A stretch of DNA of 64,000 nt. Source: an uncultured virus (IMG/VR IMGVR_UViG_2931768940_000002) (Duplodnaviria > Heunggongvirae > Uroviricota > Caudoviricetes). A model generated the notes under the pieces. The model did not search any database. It had not been told where the DNA came from and saw only the letters and a program-made list of their open reading frames with translations. The translations under genes were made by a program, and so were the position numbers. The stretch lies in the IMG/VR virus record IMGVR_UViG_2931768940_000002; one strand, written 5' to 3'. Of the stretch, positions 46,346 to 55,806 are shown piece by piece. The number at the start of each line of letters is the position of its first letter. Position 1 is the first letter of the stretch.

Positions 46346-48364
46346 TCAGGAGATAGCAGTCAGAGCTTCGAGCTTGTAGCCGCGGGGGTTCTTCATCCCG
46401 TCGAGGGCTCCGAGCGTGACCGCGGCCCCCACCCCGGCCTCCCGCAGAAGGCCTTGCAGATCGGTGAGCTCCAGCAGGCCGTAGGCCTCGTGGTCGTGCC
46501 GCTTCAGGGCATCGGCAAGTACCTCGCTGCGCATCCGGTCGACCCCGGCTTCCGCCATCACTGCGATGGAGTCGGCGACGACCTGGCTGCTTGCGACGAC
46601 GCGCTCGGATCCTCCGTCCGCCAGGTGCAGCAGCCCGGCGGCGGCGAGGGTGTCCCGGTCGAACCACGGGCGGCCCGCGGTCTTACGGTCGGCGACTGCC
46701 TGCTTGATGGCCTGGTTGCTGTGCTCGTTCCACCCGTACAGCAACGGCCGGTTGAGGCCGGGGCCCTTGATGTACGACTGGCCGGCGTCGTTCTTGAGGT
46801 CCTTCGTCTGGGCGGGTACAAGCCGGTCGGGCCGGTACCCCTCGGTGATAGCGCCGCGGCCGAGAACGAGAGGGATGTCGTCCCACCGGGAGGCGAGCAT
46901 GATCCGGAGGGTGAACGTGTCAGCGATGGCGTCACCCATGGCGTCCGAGGTGGCGTCCTGCCCGGCAGCAATGGGGTAGATCCCGGACTGCTTGCCGAGG
47001 CGCAGCAGCTCGATGAAGCTCTCCTTGGCCGTTTTGCTGAGGTAGATGAACTCGTCGACGAACGGGAAGATCGCCGGGTGCTGCCGGGTCGCGATCCAGG
47101 TGTCGCCCATGTTGAGCCGGTTCCGGACGACCTGTCGGCCGCGGGCCATCTTGACCAGGTGATCGAGCCACTTCTCGCAGTCCTTGTTGCCGCGGATCGG
47201 TGGGGCGGCCATGACGCCTTCGAACTCGCGGAGCCCGTCCTTGACGGGGTCGAGGTCGAGGGCGATGGCGTTGTGGCAGGCGGTGATGGCTTCGGCGAGG
47301 TCTCGCAGGACACCGGTGGTCTTCGCGGCACCGGAGACACCGATGGCGAGGATGCGGAGGCCTTCGAGGATCAGGTTGAGGTCGCTGCCGTCCATGCAGC
47401 GGCCGAAGTTGTGTGGGGCGGAGATGTCTAGGCTGTTCGGGGCGTGCGGGGTGGGCTTCGGCATGCTCTCGAAGGGGTTGGCCTGGACGAGGCGCAGCGT
47501 GAGGTGGGCGGACTCTTGCGGGTCCGGGTCGATGAGTGTCCCGCCTCGCTTCACGTTGAAGTGGGAGTCGAGCTGGTCGGCGACGGCGTTGACCTTGCCG
47601 ACGGTGGAGCCCTTGAGGACGACGTCGACTTCCCAGCCCCATGCTTGGTGGCCGATGGCGCGGACTGCTCGGGTGCCGATGCCTTCGGCGGCGAGGGCGC
47701 GGGATACGCATTCGGCGACCTGCTCGCCGCTGGTGCAGTGTCCGAGGGGGAACGGCTCGTCGCTGTTCGGGTCGTCCTGGTCGGCGATGACCTGGTCGGG
47801 GGCGATGTCGGGGGTGTTGAGCCGGTACCTGCCGTAGAGGGCGGTCGTTGTCATGGCGAGGAGCCCGGTGGTGGTGGGCGGGATGGCCCAGGAGTAGTCA
47901 AGGGCGGTCATGCCGGCTCCGGCGACGAGGGCGATCCAGCCGGCGAGGTTGAGGGCGGCGGTGGTTGCCGCGGCGTAGCCGAGGAACCGCCACCTCGAGC
48001 GGCGTACCTGCTGGACCTTGTTCCAGTCGGCGCCCTTGGTGACTCCACCGAGAACTTCTTGGAGGTCGTGGGCGCGGACGTACCGGTAGCCGAGCCGGCT
48101 GCCTGCCTTGAGACCGGCCCAGAACCAGCCGCCGAACACGAGCCCGCCGTAGGCGCTGAGGCCGACGGCCCGCCCGGTGACGGACGCAACGACCATGGCC
48201 GCGGACCCGGCGTTACGGAGGACGGGGCGACGGTCGGGGAACGGCTCGAGAACGCCGGGGGCGATGTCCTCGACGATGCCGTCGTGGGCGATGGCCTGGC
48301 CGGAGATGACCTTGGTCATGTCCCAGCCGGCAGGGATCGTCAGCGGCTCGGCTTCGGTGCTCAC
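46346..48364 (-). CDS. TraB-like FtsK/SpoIIIE conjugative DNA translocase
   Basis: N-terminal TM helices; Walker A-like GVSGAAKT; Walker B FVDEF; LLRLGKQSGI...AGQDAT; LVLGRGA..EGYRPDRL; small C-terminal domain. Confidence 0.78.
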   Translation of the reverse strand: MSTEAEPLTIPAGWDMTKVISGQAIAHDGIVEDIAPGVLEPFPDRRPVLRNAGSAAMVVASVTGRAVGLSAYGGLVFGGWFWAGLKAGSRLGYRYVRAHDLQEVLGGVTKGADWNKVQQVRRSRWRFLGYAAATTAALNLAGWIALVAGAGMTALDYSWAIPPTTTGLLAMTTTALYGRYRLNTPDIAPDQVIADQDDPNSDEPFPLGHCTSGEQVAECVSRALAAEGIGTRAVRAIGHQAWGWEVDVVLKGSTVGKVNAVADQLDSHFNVKRGGTLIDPDPQESAHLTLRLVQANPFESMPKPTPHAPNSLDISAPHNFGRCMDGSDLNLILEGLRILAIGVSGAAKTTGVLRDLAEAITACHNAIALDLDPVKDGLREFEGVMAAPPIRGNKDCEKWLDHLVKMARGRQVVRNRLNMGDTWIATRQHPAIFPFVDEFIYLSKTAKESFIELLRLGKQSGIYPIAAGQDATSDAMGDAIADTFTLRIMLASRWDDIPLVLGRGAITEGYRPDRLVPAQTKDLKNDAGQSYIKGPGLNRPLLYGWNEHSNQAIKQAVADRKTAGRPWFDRDTLAAAGLLHLADGGSERVVASSQVVADSIAVMAEAGVDRMRSEVLADALKRHDHEAYGLLELTDLQGLLREAGVGAAVTLGALDGMKNPRGYKLEALTAIS

Positions 48365-49659
48365 TTCTGCTCCTCGGTGGAGGTCCGCTCAATGCGTGCC
48401 TGGTTGCGTGCGATGGGGCTCGGCGGCTGCGTGTCGCCGGCTCGGCGACGGGGCGGTGTGCCCCCGTTTCCGCGACGCCCGTCAGGGGCGTTCGGGTCCT
48501 TCTTCGGCTTGGGGGGTCGATGGGAATTGATCAGGGAAAACTCACCGAAAATCGGGGTCTTCGTAGCGGTCTGCATCCGGCTCTCTGCATCCCGTGACTG
48601 TGCTTCCATTTCGGCGGTGATCCCGACCAGCTTCGAGCCAGTCACGCGCAGCCAGGCCTCGGCCCAAATCTGCTCGGTGACGTACTGCGAACCGCGGGCC
48701 GAACGGAGGGCTTCGGCGACCTCCCACACCTTGGGGTGACCGTCCTTTCGGTCGGCGTCGCGGCGCTTCTGCTCTTCCCGCGCACGGGCCTCGGCGAGCT
48801 GCCGGTCGGCCTCTGCGGCGTGCTCTGCGTCGCGCTTCGCCTGCTGCTCCTTCTTCGCTGCTGCGTCGACCTCGGCCTGGGCTCGGGCGGTGGACCTACG
48901 CTCACGCCACGAAGGAATACCGTCGGCTTTCTGGGCCATGCCGTGCTCGTAGGCCATGAGGACGATCGGGCCGCCGAGGGAGGCGATGGCCCCGATGAGG
49001 CCGGCGTTGAGGCCGATGCGCGCATCAGACAAGCCGCCGTAGAGGTTGACGGCTGCCGCGATGACCGCACCGAACATGATCCCGACCCGGTAAGGGGCGA
49101 CATCCCGACGGTTGGCGACCGCCCACGTGGCCCCGAACGCCAGGACGAGGGCGAACCCTTCCAGCAGGGCGGGGGCAGCTACGAGGAACGGGCGCCGAGG
49201 GTCCCAGAAGTGCATGAACTGCACAGGCCCCGCGATGATCAGCCCGATGGCGTAGATGCTGCGGGCACCCCACTTCCACCAGAACTCGGACCGTTGCTGC
49301 TCGGCCTCACGCTTGGCCTCGGCTGCTTCCCGGTCGGCGTTGGCTTGTTCGGCCTTTTCCTTCTCTGCGTTCGCCTTGGCGGCTTCGGCTTCCTTCTTGG
49401 CGACGTAGGCGTCGTGGTCGACCTGCTTGCGTTCCTGGGTCAGCCGTGCCCGCTCGTTGGCGAGGCGCAGCTTTTCTGCCTCCTCGGCAGCTAGGGCTCG
49501 GGCGGCGTCGGCTTCGCCCTCGGCCTTGATGCGGGCAGCCTCAGCGGATGCCTGGGCCTTCGTGCGGATGGCGTCCGCCTCGGCGAGCGCGACCGGGTCG
49601 AACCGCGGCTCTGTGGCCAGGGCGTGCCCGTTGACCTTCTCGATGGCGGAGGTACTCAC
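48361..49659 (-). CDS. Coiled-coil plus 4-TM protein (SpdB/DUF2637-like)
   Basis: Ala/Glu coiled coil, four TM segments, second coiled coil; GTGA-coupled to the translocase. Confidence 0.62.
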   Translation of the reverse strand: MSTSAIEKVNGHALATEPRFDPVALAEADAIRTKAQASAEAARIKAEGEADAARALAAEEAEKLRLANERARLTQERKQVDHDAYVAKKEAEAAKANAEKEKAEQANADREAAEAKREAEQQRSEFWWKWGARSIYAIGLIIAGPVQFMHFWDPRRPFLVAAPALLEGFALVLAFGATWAVANRRDVAPYRVGIMFGAVIAAAVNLYGGLSDARIGLNAGLIGAIASLGGPIVLMAYEHGMAQKADGIPSWRERRSTARAQAEVDAAAKKEQQAKRDAEHAAEADRQLAEARAREEQKRRDADRKDGHPKVWEVAEALRSARGSQYVTEQIWAEAWLRVTGSKLVGITAEMEAQSRDAESRMQTATKTPIFGEFSLINSHRPPKPKKDPNAPDGRRGNGGTPPRRRAGDTQPPSPIARNQARIERTSTEEQK

Positions 49660-49680
49660 GTGGATCAGTCCCTTTCTGGA

Positions 49681-50103
49681 TCAGCGGGTGGTCGGCTGGC
49701 CGTTGAGCCAGGTCTGGATGTCGTGGTCGGTGATGGTGAGGCCGAGTCCGTCGTCGCCGGTGGGGTCGTCGGGCTCGTCTTCGTCGTCGTAGCCGTCGTC
49801 GTCCGGGCCGCCGCAGCATTCGCATTCGGTGTCCTGCCAGATCCGGCCGGACTTCCAGAACCCGTGGGCGAGGGTGCCGAGGATGTCGAGGGCCCAGCTG
49901 GGGCCGGCGATCAGGAGGGCAAAGATCTGGGATCCGGCGTTGAAGCCCGGCACCTGGACAGTGACAAGCACGGCGATCAGCGCGATGAACCCGGCGCCGC
50001 GCCACTGGTGGTGACAGCGGTTGAGGAGGACCTCGCGCGGGTGGAAGATCAGTCCGCGCCAGAGGCAGATCAGGTCGGCGATCGGCAGGGGCAGGTGGCT
50101 CAT
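49681..50103 (-). CDS. Membrane protein with an acidic tail
   Basis: Two TM segments, CECC and a Asp-rich C-terminus. Confidence 0.55.
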   Translation of the reverse strand: MSHLPLPIADLICLWRGLIFHPREVLLNRCHHQWRGAGFIALIAVLVTVQVPGFNAGSQIFALLIAGPSWALDILGTLAHGFWKSGRIWQDTECECCGGPDDDGYDDEDEPDDPTGDDGLGLTITDHDIQTWLNGQPTTR

Positions 50104-50408
50104 CGGGGGCTCCCGGCGGTAGCGGTCCGGCGTGCACGGTGGAATTCGGCGACGAACTCGGCGGTGATCCCGGCTCCGACCAGTCCGCTGACCGGGGGTC
50201 GGCCTATGCGTTGGGCGGCCCACAGTTCGAGGTAGATCGCCCGGGTGGCCAGGTAGTTGATGAGGGGCCGGGCGCAGCGGACCAGGAGGACTGCTGCGCC
50301 GAGCAGGGTCATGACGGTGAAGGCGAGGATCCGTACCGACCACACGCGGATCGCGGTCAGTGTCCGGCGGATCCGGCCCGGCTTCGCAGTGATCAGGTAC
50401 GGGTGCAC
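50100..50408 (-). CDS. Small membrane protein
   Basis: GAGGA ribosome-binding site; TM segment; ATGA coupling. Confidence 0.5.
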   Translation of the reverse strand: MHPYLITAKPGRIRRTLTAIRVWSVRILAFTVMTLLGAAVLLVRCARPLINYLATRAIYLELWAAQRIGRPPVSGLVGAGITAEFVAEFHRARRTATAGSPR

Positions 50409-50561
50409 GGTGTGGTCCTCTCTGTTCAGACCTCGTCGAGGGGGATGCGGGTGGTGGTCTGCTCGTCGCTCATCGGGCCTCCCTTCGGTTCGGGCTCCGG
50501 TTGGTCCGGGCCTCTCTGCCGCCACCAGCTGTGGGGGCTGGGGGCGACAGAGCGGCCCGGG

Positions 50562-50774
50562 TCAGAGCTGGTTGGGCTCGAGGGAGAAGTAGAGAACCGT
50601 GATGACCTGCGTCTCGTACTCGTCCTTGAGCTGGTCGAGGAGGTACTCGAAGAGCTGGGCCCGGGTATAGCTGGCGGGAACGGTGAGGATTCCGTCGCGG
50701 GTGTTCATCACGCCGCTGGGGATCTGGATCGTGGTGACGTAGTGGTATTCGGTGGTCTCGGTCTGTGTGGTCAT
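50562..50774 (-). CDS. Hypothetical protein
   Basis: AAGGA ribosome-binding site; ends VLYFSLEPNQL. Confidence 0.55.
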   Translation of the reverse strand: MTTQTETTEYHYVTTIQIPSGVMNTRDGILTVPASYTRAQLFEYLLDQLKDEYETQVITVLYFSLEPNQL

Positions 50775-50795
50775 GGCGGGTCCTTGTCGTTGAGG

Positions 50796-50975
50796 TCAGC
50801 GGTGGCTGGCCTTGTGCTTGCGGAGTGTGTTCTTGCAGTCGGTGCACTTGCGGGTGGGGCCGTTGCCGACGACCGGCGGCGGGATGATCGCCCCGCAGAT
50901 CGCCGGGGTGGTGCCCCGCTCGAGCACCGGGTGGCAGGCGGGGCAGTGGAAGTGCATCCCCGCCGGCTCAGCCAT
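50796..50975 (-). CDS. 59-aa Cys-rich protein (not in the ORF track)
   Basis: HFHCPAC...ICG...CTDC; TGATG coupling. Confidence 0.5.
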   Translation of the reverse strand: MAEPAGMHFHCPACHPVLERGTTPAICGAIIPPPVVGNGPTRKCTDCKNTLRKHKASHR

Positions 50976-51286
50976 CAGGCGGCGGCCTGGTAGCGGATGC
51001 CGCGGATCTCGTCCATCAGGCGGGGGGCGTCGGGGGTGGCGTGGTCGAGGTCGATCGCGGCGAGCATCACGGCGGCCATCTGGTCGTGGTTGCCGGTGGA
51101 CCAGGCGGCCCGGAACTCGTTCAGCAGGTTCACGCTCAGCCGGTCGGGGTCGGCGATGGTGGCGGCCTGCTCGGCCTGGGCGACGGTGATCGTGGCCCGG
51201 CGGCGGGCTGCCAGCTCGTCGGTGACGGCACTGTCGGCGTCGGAGAGGGCGGTGAGAGCGGACGCGGTCATCAGGTACGGAGACAT
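50975..51286 (-). CDS. Hypothetical protein
   Basis: Co-oriented ORF in the transfer operon. Confidence 0.55.
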   Translation of the reverse strand: MSPYLMTASALTALSDADSAVTDELAARRRATITVAQAEQAATIADPDRLSVNLLNEFRAAWSTGNHDQMAAVMLAAIDLDHATPDAPRLMDEIRGIRYQAAA

Positions 51287-51524
51287 GGGGGTGCCTATCT
51301 GTGAGGTGAGTGGGGTGCTGCGATGGGGTGGGGAGCCGCGGCCGGCCGACCGGGGGTGGTGCCGGCGGGCCGCGGCGGACTAGGGGTTAGCGGGACGCCT
51401 TGGAGGCGGTCTCACGCCTGGTGCGAGCGGCCTCGGCCTGCTTCGCCGCCTGCTTGGCGCGGTGGAGGCTGTCCTTCGTCGCCCGGTCTGCAGAGGTCAG
51501 GTCACCGGTTCCGAACATGGCCGG

Positions 51525-51713
51525 TCACCAGCCGCGCTGGGCGACGAACCGGCGGCGGGCGGCCGGCTCGGACGGGACGGTCGGGGACTCCTGGGCCGGG
51601 ACGACCACGGGGCGGCGGACGTAGGACGCTGCCTGGTGGGCGGCGACGTCGGCCGGCGCGAGGGCCGGGGCGGTGAGCTCGGGGCGCTCGACGGTAGAGT
51701 TCTGCACAGCCAT
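51525..51713 (-). CDS. Small hypothetical protein, first gene of the leftward operon
   Basis: AAGGAG ribosome-binding site before ATG. Confidence 0.45.
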   Translation of the reverse strand: MAVQNSTVERPELTAPALAPADVAAHQAASYVRRPVVVPAQESPTVPSEPAARRRFVAQRGW

Positions 51714-51823
51714 CGGGGTCTCCTTAGGACCTTGGCGGTGAGGCCTCGTCTTGGTGTGTGGAAGCCCAGGACGGGGCCGTTTGCATGCCGGGATGAGGGT
51801 TAGCGGTGGAAGACGCCTTCCCG

Positions 51824-51886
51824 AGTGGCACTCCACTAACGTAGCGCCTTCTCTGGACCGTGGCAATCCACTGTGGGACGATTCCT
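51824..51886. promoter_or_regulatory. Divergent promoters with GTGGCA(C/A)TCCAC operators
   Basis: Operators at 51825 and 51860 overlap a leftward TTGCCA-17-TACGTT promoter; rightward GACGAT lies 6 nt before ATG 51889. Confidence 0.65.
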
Positions 51887-51888
51887 TC

Positions 51889-52074
51889 ATGCCAGCCGGA
51901 ATCCACCTCAGAAAAGCCCGCACGTACCGGCCCGACCCGGACGTATACGAGCGCGCCAAGTCCGCCGTCGAAGAGGTGGACTCCGACATGAACAAGCACC
52001 TCAATGGCTTCCTGCTGTGGCTCGTCCACGACACAGACGAACTGCCGGCGCGTCCGCCCAGGAAGTCGAAGTAG
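51889..52074 (+). CDS. Small RHH-like repressor (Kor-like position)
   Basis: RTYRPD..VYERAK...MNKHLNGFLLWL...ELPARP; resembles the 40843 protein. Confidence 0.62.
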   Translation: MPAGIHLRKARTYRPDPDVYERAKSAVEEVDSDMNKHLNGFLLWLVHDTDELPARPPRKSK

Positions 52075-52241
52075 GTGATCGGCGTGTTGGTCATGTCCTC
52101 CATTCAAGGCCCGCGCGCCCTGCGTCACGAGGACCCCGCCGAGCCGCGAACACGCCACAACGCCGCTGTCACGCCACTGATGTGACACGGCAGCGACACC
52201 ACAGAGACTTGCCCGAGCACAGCCAGCACGGGAGCTGCACA

Positions 52242-52883
52242 GTGGAGATCGTCCAGACCTGGACCGGTCGCACCGCCTGCGTACTGCAGGCGGCCTTGCG
52301 GCTGACGAACGAACAGTTCGCCGAGCACCTCGGCATCTCGACGCGCACGATCGTCCGCTGGCATGCCAGACCCGACCTCGCCCCCCGCACCGAGATGCAG
52401 CAGCTGCTCGACACGACCTACGAGAAAGCTGGTGATGCGGTGCGGAGGCGCTTCGAACTGCTCTCAAGACCTGCCACGGTGGAGCCGACCCCTCAGGCGC
52501 AGGCCTTGCGGGTGGCGATCGCCGTGGTCCTGCGGGGCGACGAGGTGCTCCTGGTCTGCCGCCGCGGCGACGACTCGCTGTCCTGGCAGTTCCCGGCTGG
52601 CATGTGCAAGCCGGGCGCGGCAGTGACGTCGGTGGCGGTGCAGGAGACGCACGCCGAGACCGGGGTTCACTGCGCGGTCCGGGAGGAGCTGGGCTCGAGA
52701 GTGCACCCGAAAACGGGGGTGCTGGCCCACTACGTGCTCTGCGACTATCTGGCCGGCGAGGCTACGAACCGGGATGCCGTCGAGAACACGGACGTCACCT
52801 GGGTTCCTCTCGCGGCCCTGACCCGCTTCATCCCGACCGAGAACATCTTCCCGCCCATCTTGAGCGCCTTGGAGGCCGCGTGA
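52242..52883 (+). CDS. XRE-HTH fused to a degenerate Nudix domain
   Basis: LTNEQFAEHLGISTRTIVRW HTH; WQFPAGMCKPG...AVQETHAETG. Confidence 0.8.
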   Translation: MEIVQTWTGRTACVLQAALRLTNEQFAEHLGISTRTIVRWHARPDLAPRTEMQQLLDTTYEKAGDAVRRRFELLSRPATVEPTPQAQALRVAIAVVLRGDEVLLVCRRGDDSLSWQFPAGMCKPGAAVTSVAVQETHAETGVHCAVREELGSRVHPKTGVLAHYVLCDYLAGEATNRDAVENTDVTWVPLAALTRFIPTENIFPPILSALEAA

Positions 52884-53287
52884 CCGAGCAAACTGAGCAG
52901 CCCCCCGTGTCGACGGCGATCATCGTGGACGACGGGCGGGTGCTGATGATCCGGCGACGGCAGCGGGAGGGGAAGCTGTTGTGGGCGTTCCCTGGCGGCG
53001 GCATCGAGGCCGGCGAGTCCCCGGAGCAGGCCGCGGTACGGGAGACCGACGAGGAGGTCCGGCTCGAGGTCAAGGCGGTCCGGGTCCTGGGTAACCGGGT
53101 CCACCCGAACACGGGGGTGCACATGACGTATGTGGCGTGCGAGCCGATCTCCGGGACCGCGGTTGTGGGCGACGCGGAGGAGATCGCGGAGGTTGCCTGG
53201 GTTGCGCACGGGGAAATCCCGGAGCGGGTGCCCTACGGCCTGTTCCCGCAAGTGCAGGAGTACCTCGACGAGGCGCTCCCCCGCTGA
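52880..53287 (+). CDS. Nudix hydrolase (MutT/Pif-like)
   Basis: Near-canonical Nudix box GGIEAGESPEQAAVRETDEEV; GTGA coupling. Confidence 0.88.
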   Translation: MTEQTEQPPVSTAIIVDDGRVLMIRRRQREGKLLWAFPGGGIEAGESPEQAAVRETDEEVRLEVKAVRVLGNRVHPNTGVHMTYVACEPISGTAVVGDAEEIAEVAWVAHGEIPERVPYGLFPQVQEYLDEALPR

Positions 53288-53304
53288 CCGCCTCCGCACC
53301 CAAC

Positions 53305-53338
53305 GAAGCCCCTCACCCCGTTCAGGGTGAGGGGCTTC
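53305..53338. terminator. Bidirectional terminator
   Basis: Perfect 14-bp inverted repeat GAAGCCCCTCACCC/GGGTGAGGGGCTTC between convergent genes. Confidence 0.8.
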
Positions 53339-53353
53339 AGCGCGGATCTGCGA

Positions 53354-53932
53354 TCAGGAGTCTTCAGCGAGGAGCTTGGCCAGCTGCGCCACAGCTTCGG
53401 GGTCCATGTTCCGCCGAATCGCCTTCGCGATGTTCTCAGGCTTGTCCACGGGCACGGAGACGAGCTTCCGGCGGAAGCCAGCCTGCACCATAGCTGCATG
53501 TGTGGAGAGGTTGCCGGCGAGCACCTCTGCGTGCAGATCCGGTCGATCCTTACGGAGCCGGCGCAGCCCGGCTTCTTTTGAGGTCCCATCCGGTTTGGCC
53601 ACCTCGTTGATATTATCAACGAGGTCTGTTCGTTCACCCGCGCGCCCAACCAGGGCTTGATCCAAAAGATCCGCCGCCACTGGGTCGTCAGCCACGATTC
53701 TCTTGAGCAGGTCGACACTCGCCCCCAATCCGGCTGTCGGGGGCGTGACCACGAAATCGACGAAACGCCTATGCTCGATCAGCTTCCCCACCGGGGTGAC
53801 GAATTCCCGCCACGCTTCCTCCTCCATCACGCGACGAAGAAGGGCGGGAATGTCAGCCAGCCCATTGCCCGTAGACCGGATACCGCTACCCAGTGCCTGC
53901 ACCAGCACAGCGTTAGCCTTCGGTGATCGCAT
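53354..53932 (-). CDS. Hypothetical partner of the HNH-helicase (C-terminal HTH-like)
   Basis: TGATG coupling; GTSKEAGLRRLRKDRPDL...LSTHAAMVQAGFR. Confidence 0.72.
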   Translation of the reverse strand: MRSPKANAVLVQALGSGIRSTGNGLADIPALLRRVMEEEAWREFVTPVGKLIEHRRFVDFVVTPPTAGLGASVDLLKRIVADDPVAADLLDQALVGRAGERTDLVDNINEVAKPDGTSKEAGLRRLRKDRPDLHAEVLAGNLSTHAAMVQAGFRRKLVSVPVDKPENIAKAIRRNMDPEAVAQLAKLLAEDS

Positions 53933-55806
53933 CACGCGTCCGCGATCCACCGGTCGAGGATGACGAGCCGCTCGCTAAGCGTCTCAGCAGTCGCCTGGTC
54001 GATCGATCGTTCACCAAACGCCTTGTTGAGCTCACTGTGGATGTGACTGTGCGGCTTTCGTGTCATGCGGCTGAACTGGCCAACCTTACGCTTGATCAAG
54101 TTTCGGATTTCCTTCTTCCGCTCTGACAGTGTCTGCTCAACCTGCGGTTCGGGCGTCGCCCCAGGCTTGGCGGAGGAGCCAGTAAGGCGGAGCAGTCGCG
54201 CAATGGCCGACGCTTCCGTTCCTGGGGGCAGGCCAGCCTGCTGCCCCAGGCGACGCGCGTGCAGGAGTTCCTCTTCGTCGAAGGCGTCACCGCTGTTGAT
54301 CGTGAAGGCGTGGGCGGCAGCGGAGGAGCCGATGACCTCCGGGATCCTCGGCTTCGCACGGTCCGTCCCCTCCCCCTCTCCAGTTGAGCGGCGGACCTTG
54401 CTCTCCTCATCGGCGAGTACCGCGTCCACCGTCCGCTCAACGGCGGCAGCGAACGCGAGCAGTTGGCTGATCGACGGAATGAACACGCGGGCGCACATAT
54501 CGTCTTCGTCGCCCTGCTTGCGGACGCACCTGCCGACGACCTGTCGAAAGAACATCTCGGTTCGGATCCGGGTTGCGTACACGATGACGCCGATACGAGG
54601 GATGTCGACCCCCTCGGAGACCATTTGTACGGCGACGAGCCAGTGCGAGTCACCCTTCCCGAAAGCCTTGATCACATCAGATGCTGCTGGGTCGTCGGAC
54701 ACCGCAATGTCCACCCGCTCGCCAGTCTGGCGGCGAAGGATCTCGGCGTATGCATGGGCGGATGCCTGGTCGGTGGCTACAACAAGTCCGCCGCAGTCAG
54801 GCTTGTCCATGCGCATGAGTTCAAGTTCTTCATGCGCACGGAGGAGAACGGAAGGGATCCATTCACCCGTGGGCGCCAGGGCAGCCTTGAGGGCGGCAGC
54901 AATCGTGGTGGGGTCGGTTTCCGACAGCTTCTGGGCAACCGGGTGCTCTGACGCGAAGCGCCACCGGGCTTCGCCGTCCATGGCCGGGAAGGCAACAGGC
55001 CGGACAACCTCTTGGTCCTGCAGCGCCATCCCGTAGTCGTAGTTGATGTCCGGTACGACCCTGCGGGCGGCATCGTAGTTGAGGAACGGGATTGCCTTCC
55101 CGTCGCTGCGGAAGGGCGTGCCAGAGAGTGAGAGCCGACGGTAGGCGTCACCGAAGGCCGTGCCGAGCGCCGTCCCCCAGGCCAGGTTCTCGGCGTCGCC
55201 GGCGTGGTGCACCTCGTCCAAGATGACGAGCGTCGGTTTCCTGGGGTCGCAGGCGAGCTTTCGCCAGAGGATCGGACTGGCGGCAACAGACTGGTAGGTG
55301 GCGACGACGCCGTCGTAGTCCCGGGCTACCTGCTGGTTCTTGTTCACGAAGTTCGAGTCAAGCTTGATGCCCTCTCGGCTCGCAGCCGACTCCCACTGGC
55401 CGCGAAGGTGTGCGGTAGGGACGATGACGATGATGTTGGAGATTTCGCTCCTGTCAAACATTGCCTTTGCCGCCTGAACGGCGAAGGTCGTCTTGCCGGC
55501 GCCGGGGGTTGCGACGACGAGAAAGTCTCCCTGTGCGCCGAGGAACCTACGCAGGCCGTCTTCCTGCCACTTGCGGAGCCGCATGTAGGTGGAGCCCTTC
55601 TGGAGATTGCAAGGAGGGCAGAGTGCCTGCCCGTTGATGACATCGGTGGGGCCGCCTGCGGAGTACGGCTGAATGTGGTCGCCGTGCCAGCTGGGCTGGA
55701 GGGCGGTTCCGCATCGCTCGCATCGCCCGTCAGCCGCCAGCCAGAGAGCGGTACGTTCTGCGGAGTTGAAAAGGCGCCGTTGGGCGCTTGAAGGTTCAGC
55801 AGGCAT
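53932..55806 (-). CDS. HNH endonuclease fused to an SF2 (DEAD/ResIII-like) helicase
   Basis: CERC...DHIQPYSAGG...NGQALCPPCN; TPGAGKT; DEVHH; SGTP; EGVDIP; QVVGR. Confidence 0.88.
   Translation of the reverse strand: MPAEPSSAQRRLFNSAERTALWLAADGRCERCGTALQPSWHGDHIQPYSAGGPTDVINGQALCPPCNLQKGSTYMRLRKWQEDGLRRFLGAQGDFLVVATPGAGKTTFAVQAAKAMFDRSEISNIIVIVPTAHLRGQWESAASREGIKLDSNFVNKNQQVARDYDGVVATYQSVAASPILWRKLACDPRKPTLVILDEVHHAGDAENLAWGTALGTAFGDAYRRLSLSGTPFRSDGKAIPFLNYDAARRVVPDINYDYGMALQDQEVVRPVAFPAMDGEARWRFASEHPVAQKLSETDPTTIAAALKAALAPTGEWIPSVLLRAHEELELMRMDKPDCGGLVVATDQASAHAYAEILRRQTGERVDIAVSDDPAASDVIKAFGKGDSHWLVAVQMVSEGVDIPRIGVIVYATRIRTEMFFRQVVGRCVRKQGDEDDMCARVFIPSISQLLAFAAAVERTVDAVLADEESKVRRSTGEGEGTDRAKPRIPEVIGSSAAAHAFTINSGDAFDEEELLHARRLGQQAGLPPGTEASAIARLLRLTGSSAKPGATPEPQVEQTLSERKKEIRNLIKRKVGQFSRMTRKPHSHIHSELNKAFGERSIDQATAETLSERLVILDRWIADA

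Noticed and set aside
46346..48364. Pseudogene call because Walker A reads GAAKT
   Set aside because: The ORF is intact with Walker B and other motifs retained; activity needs testing
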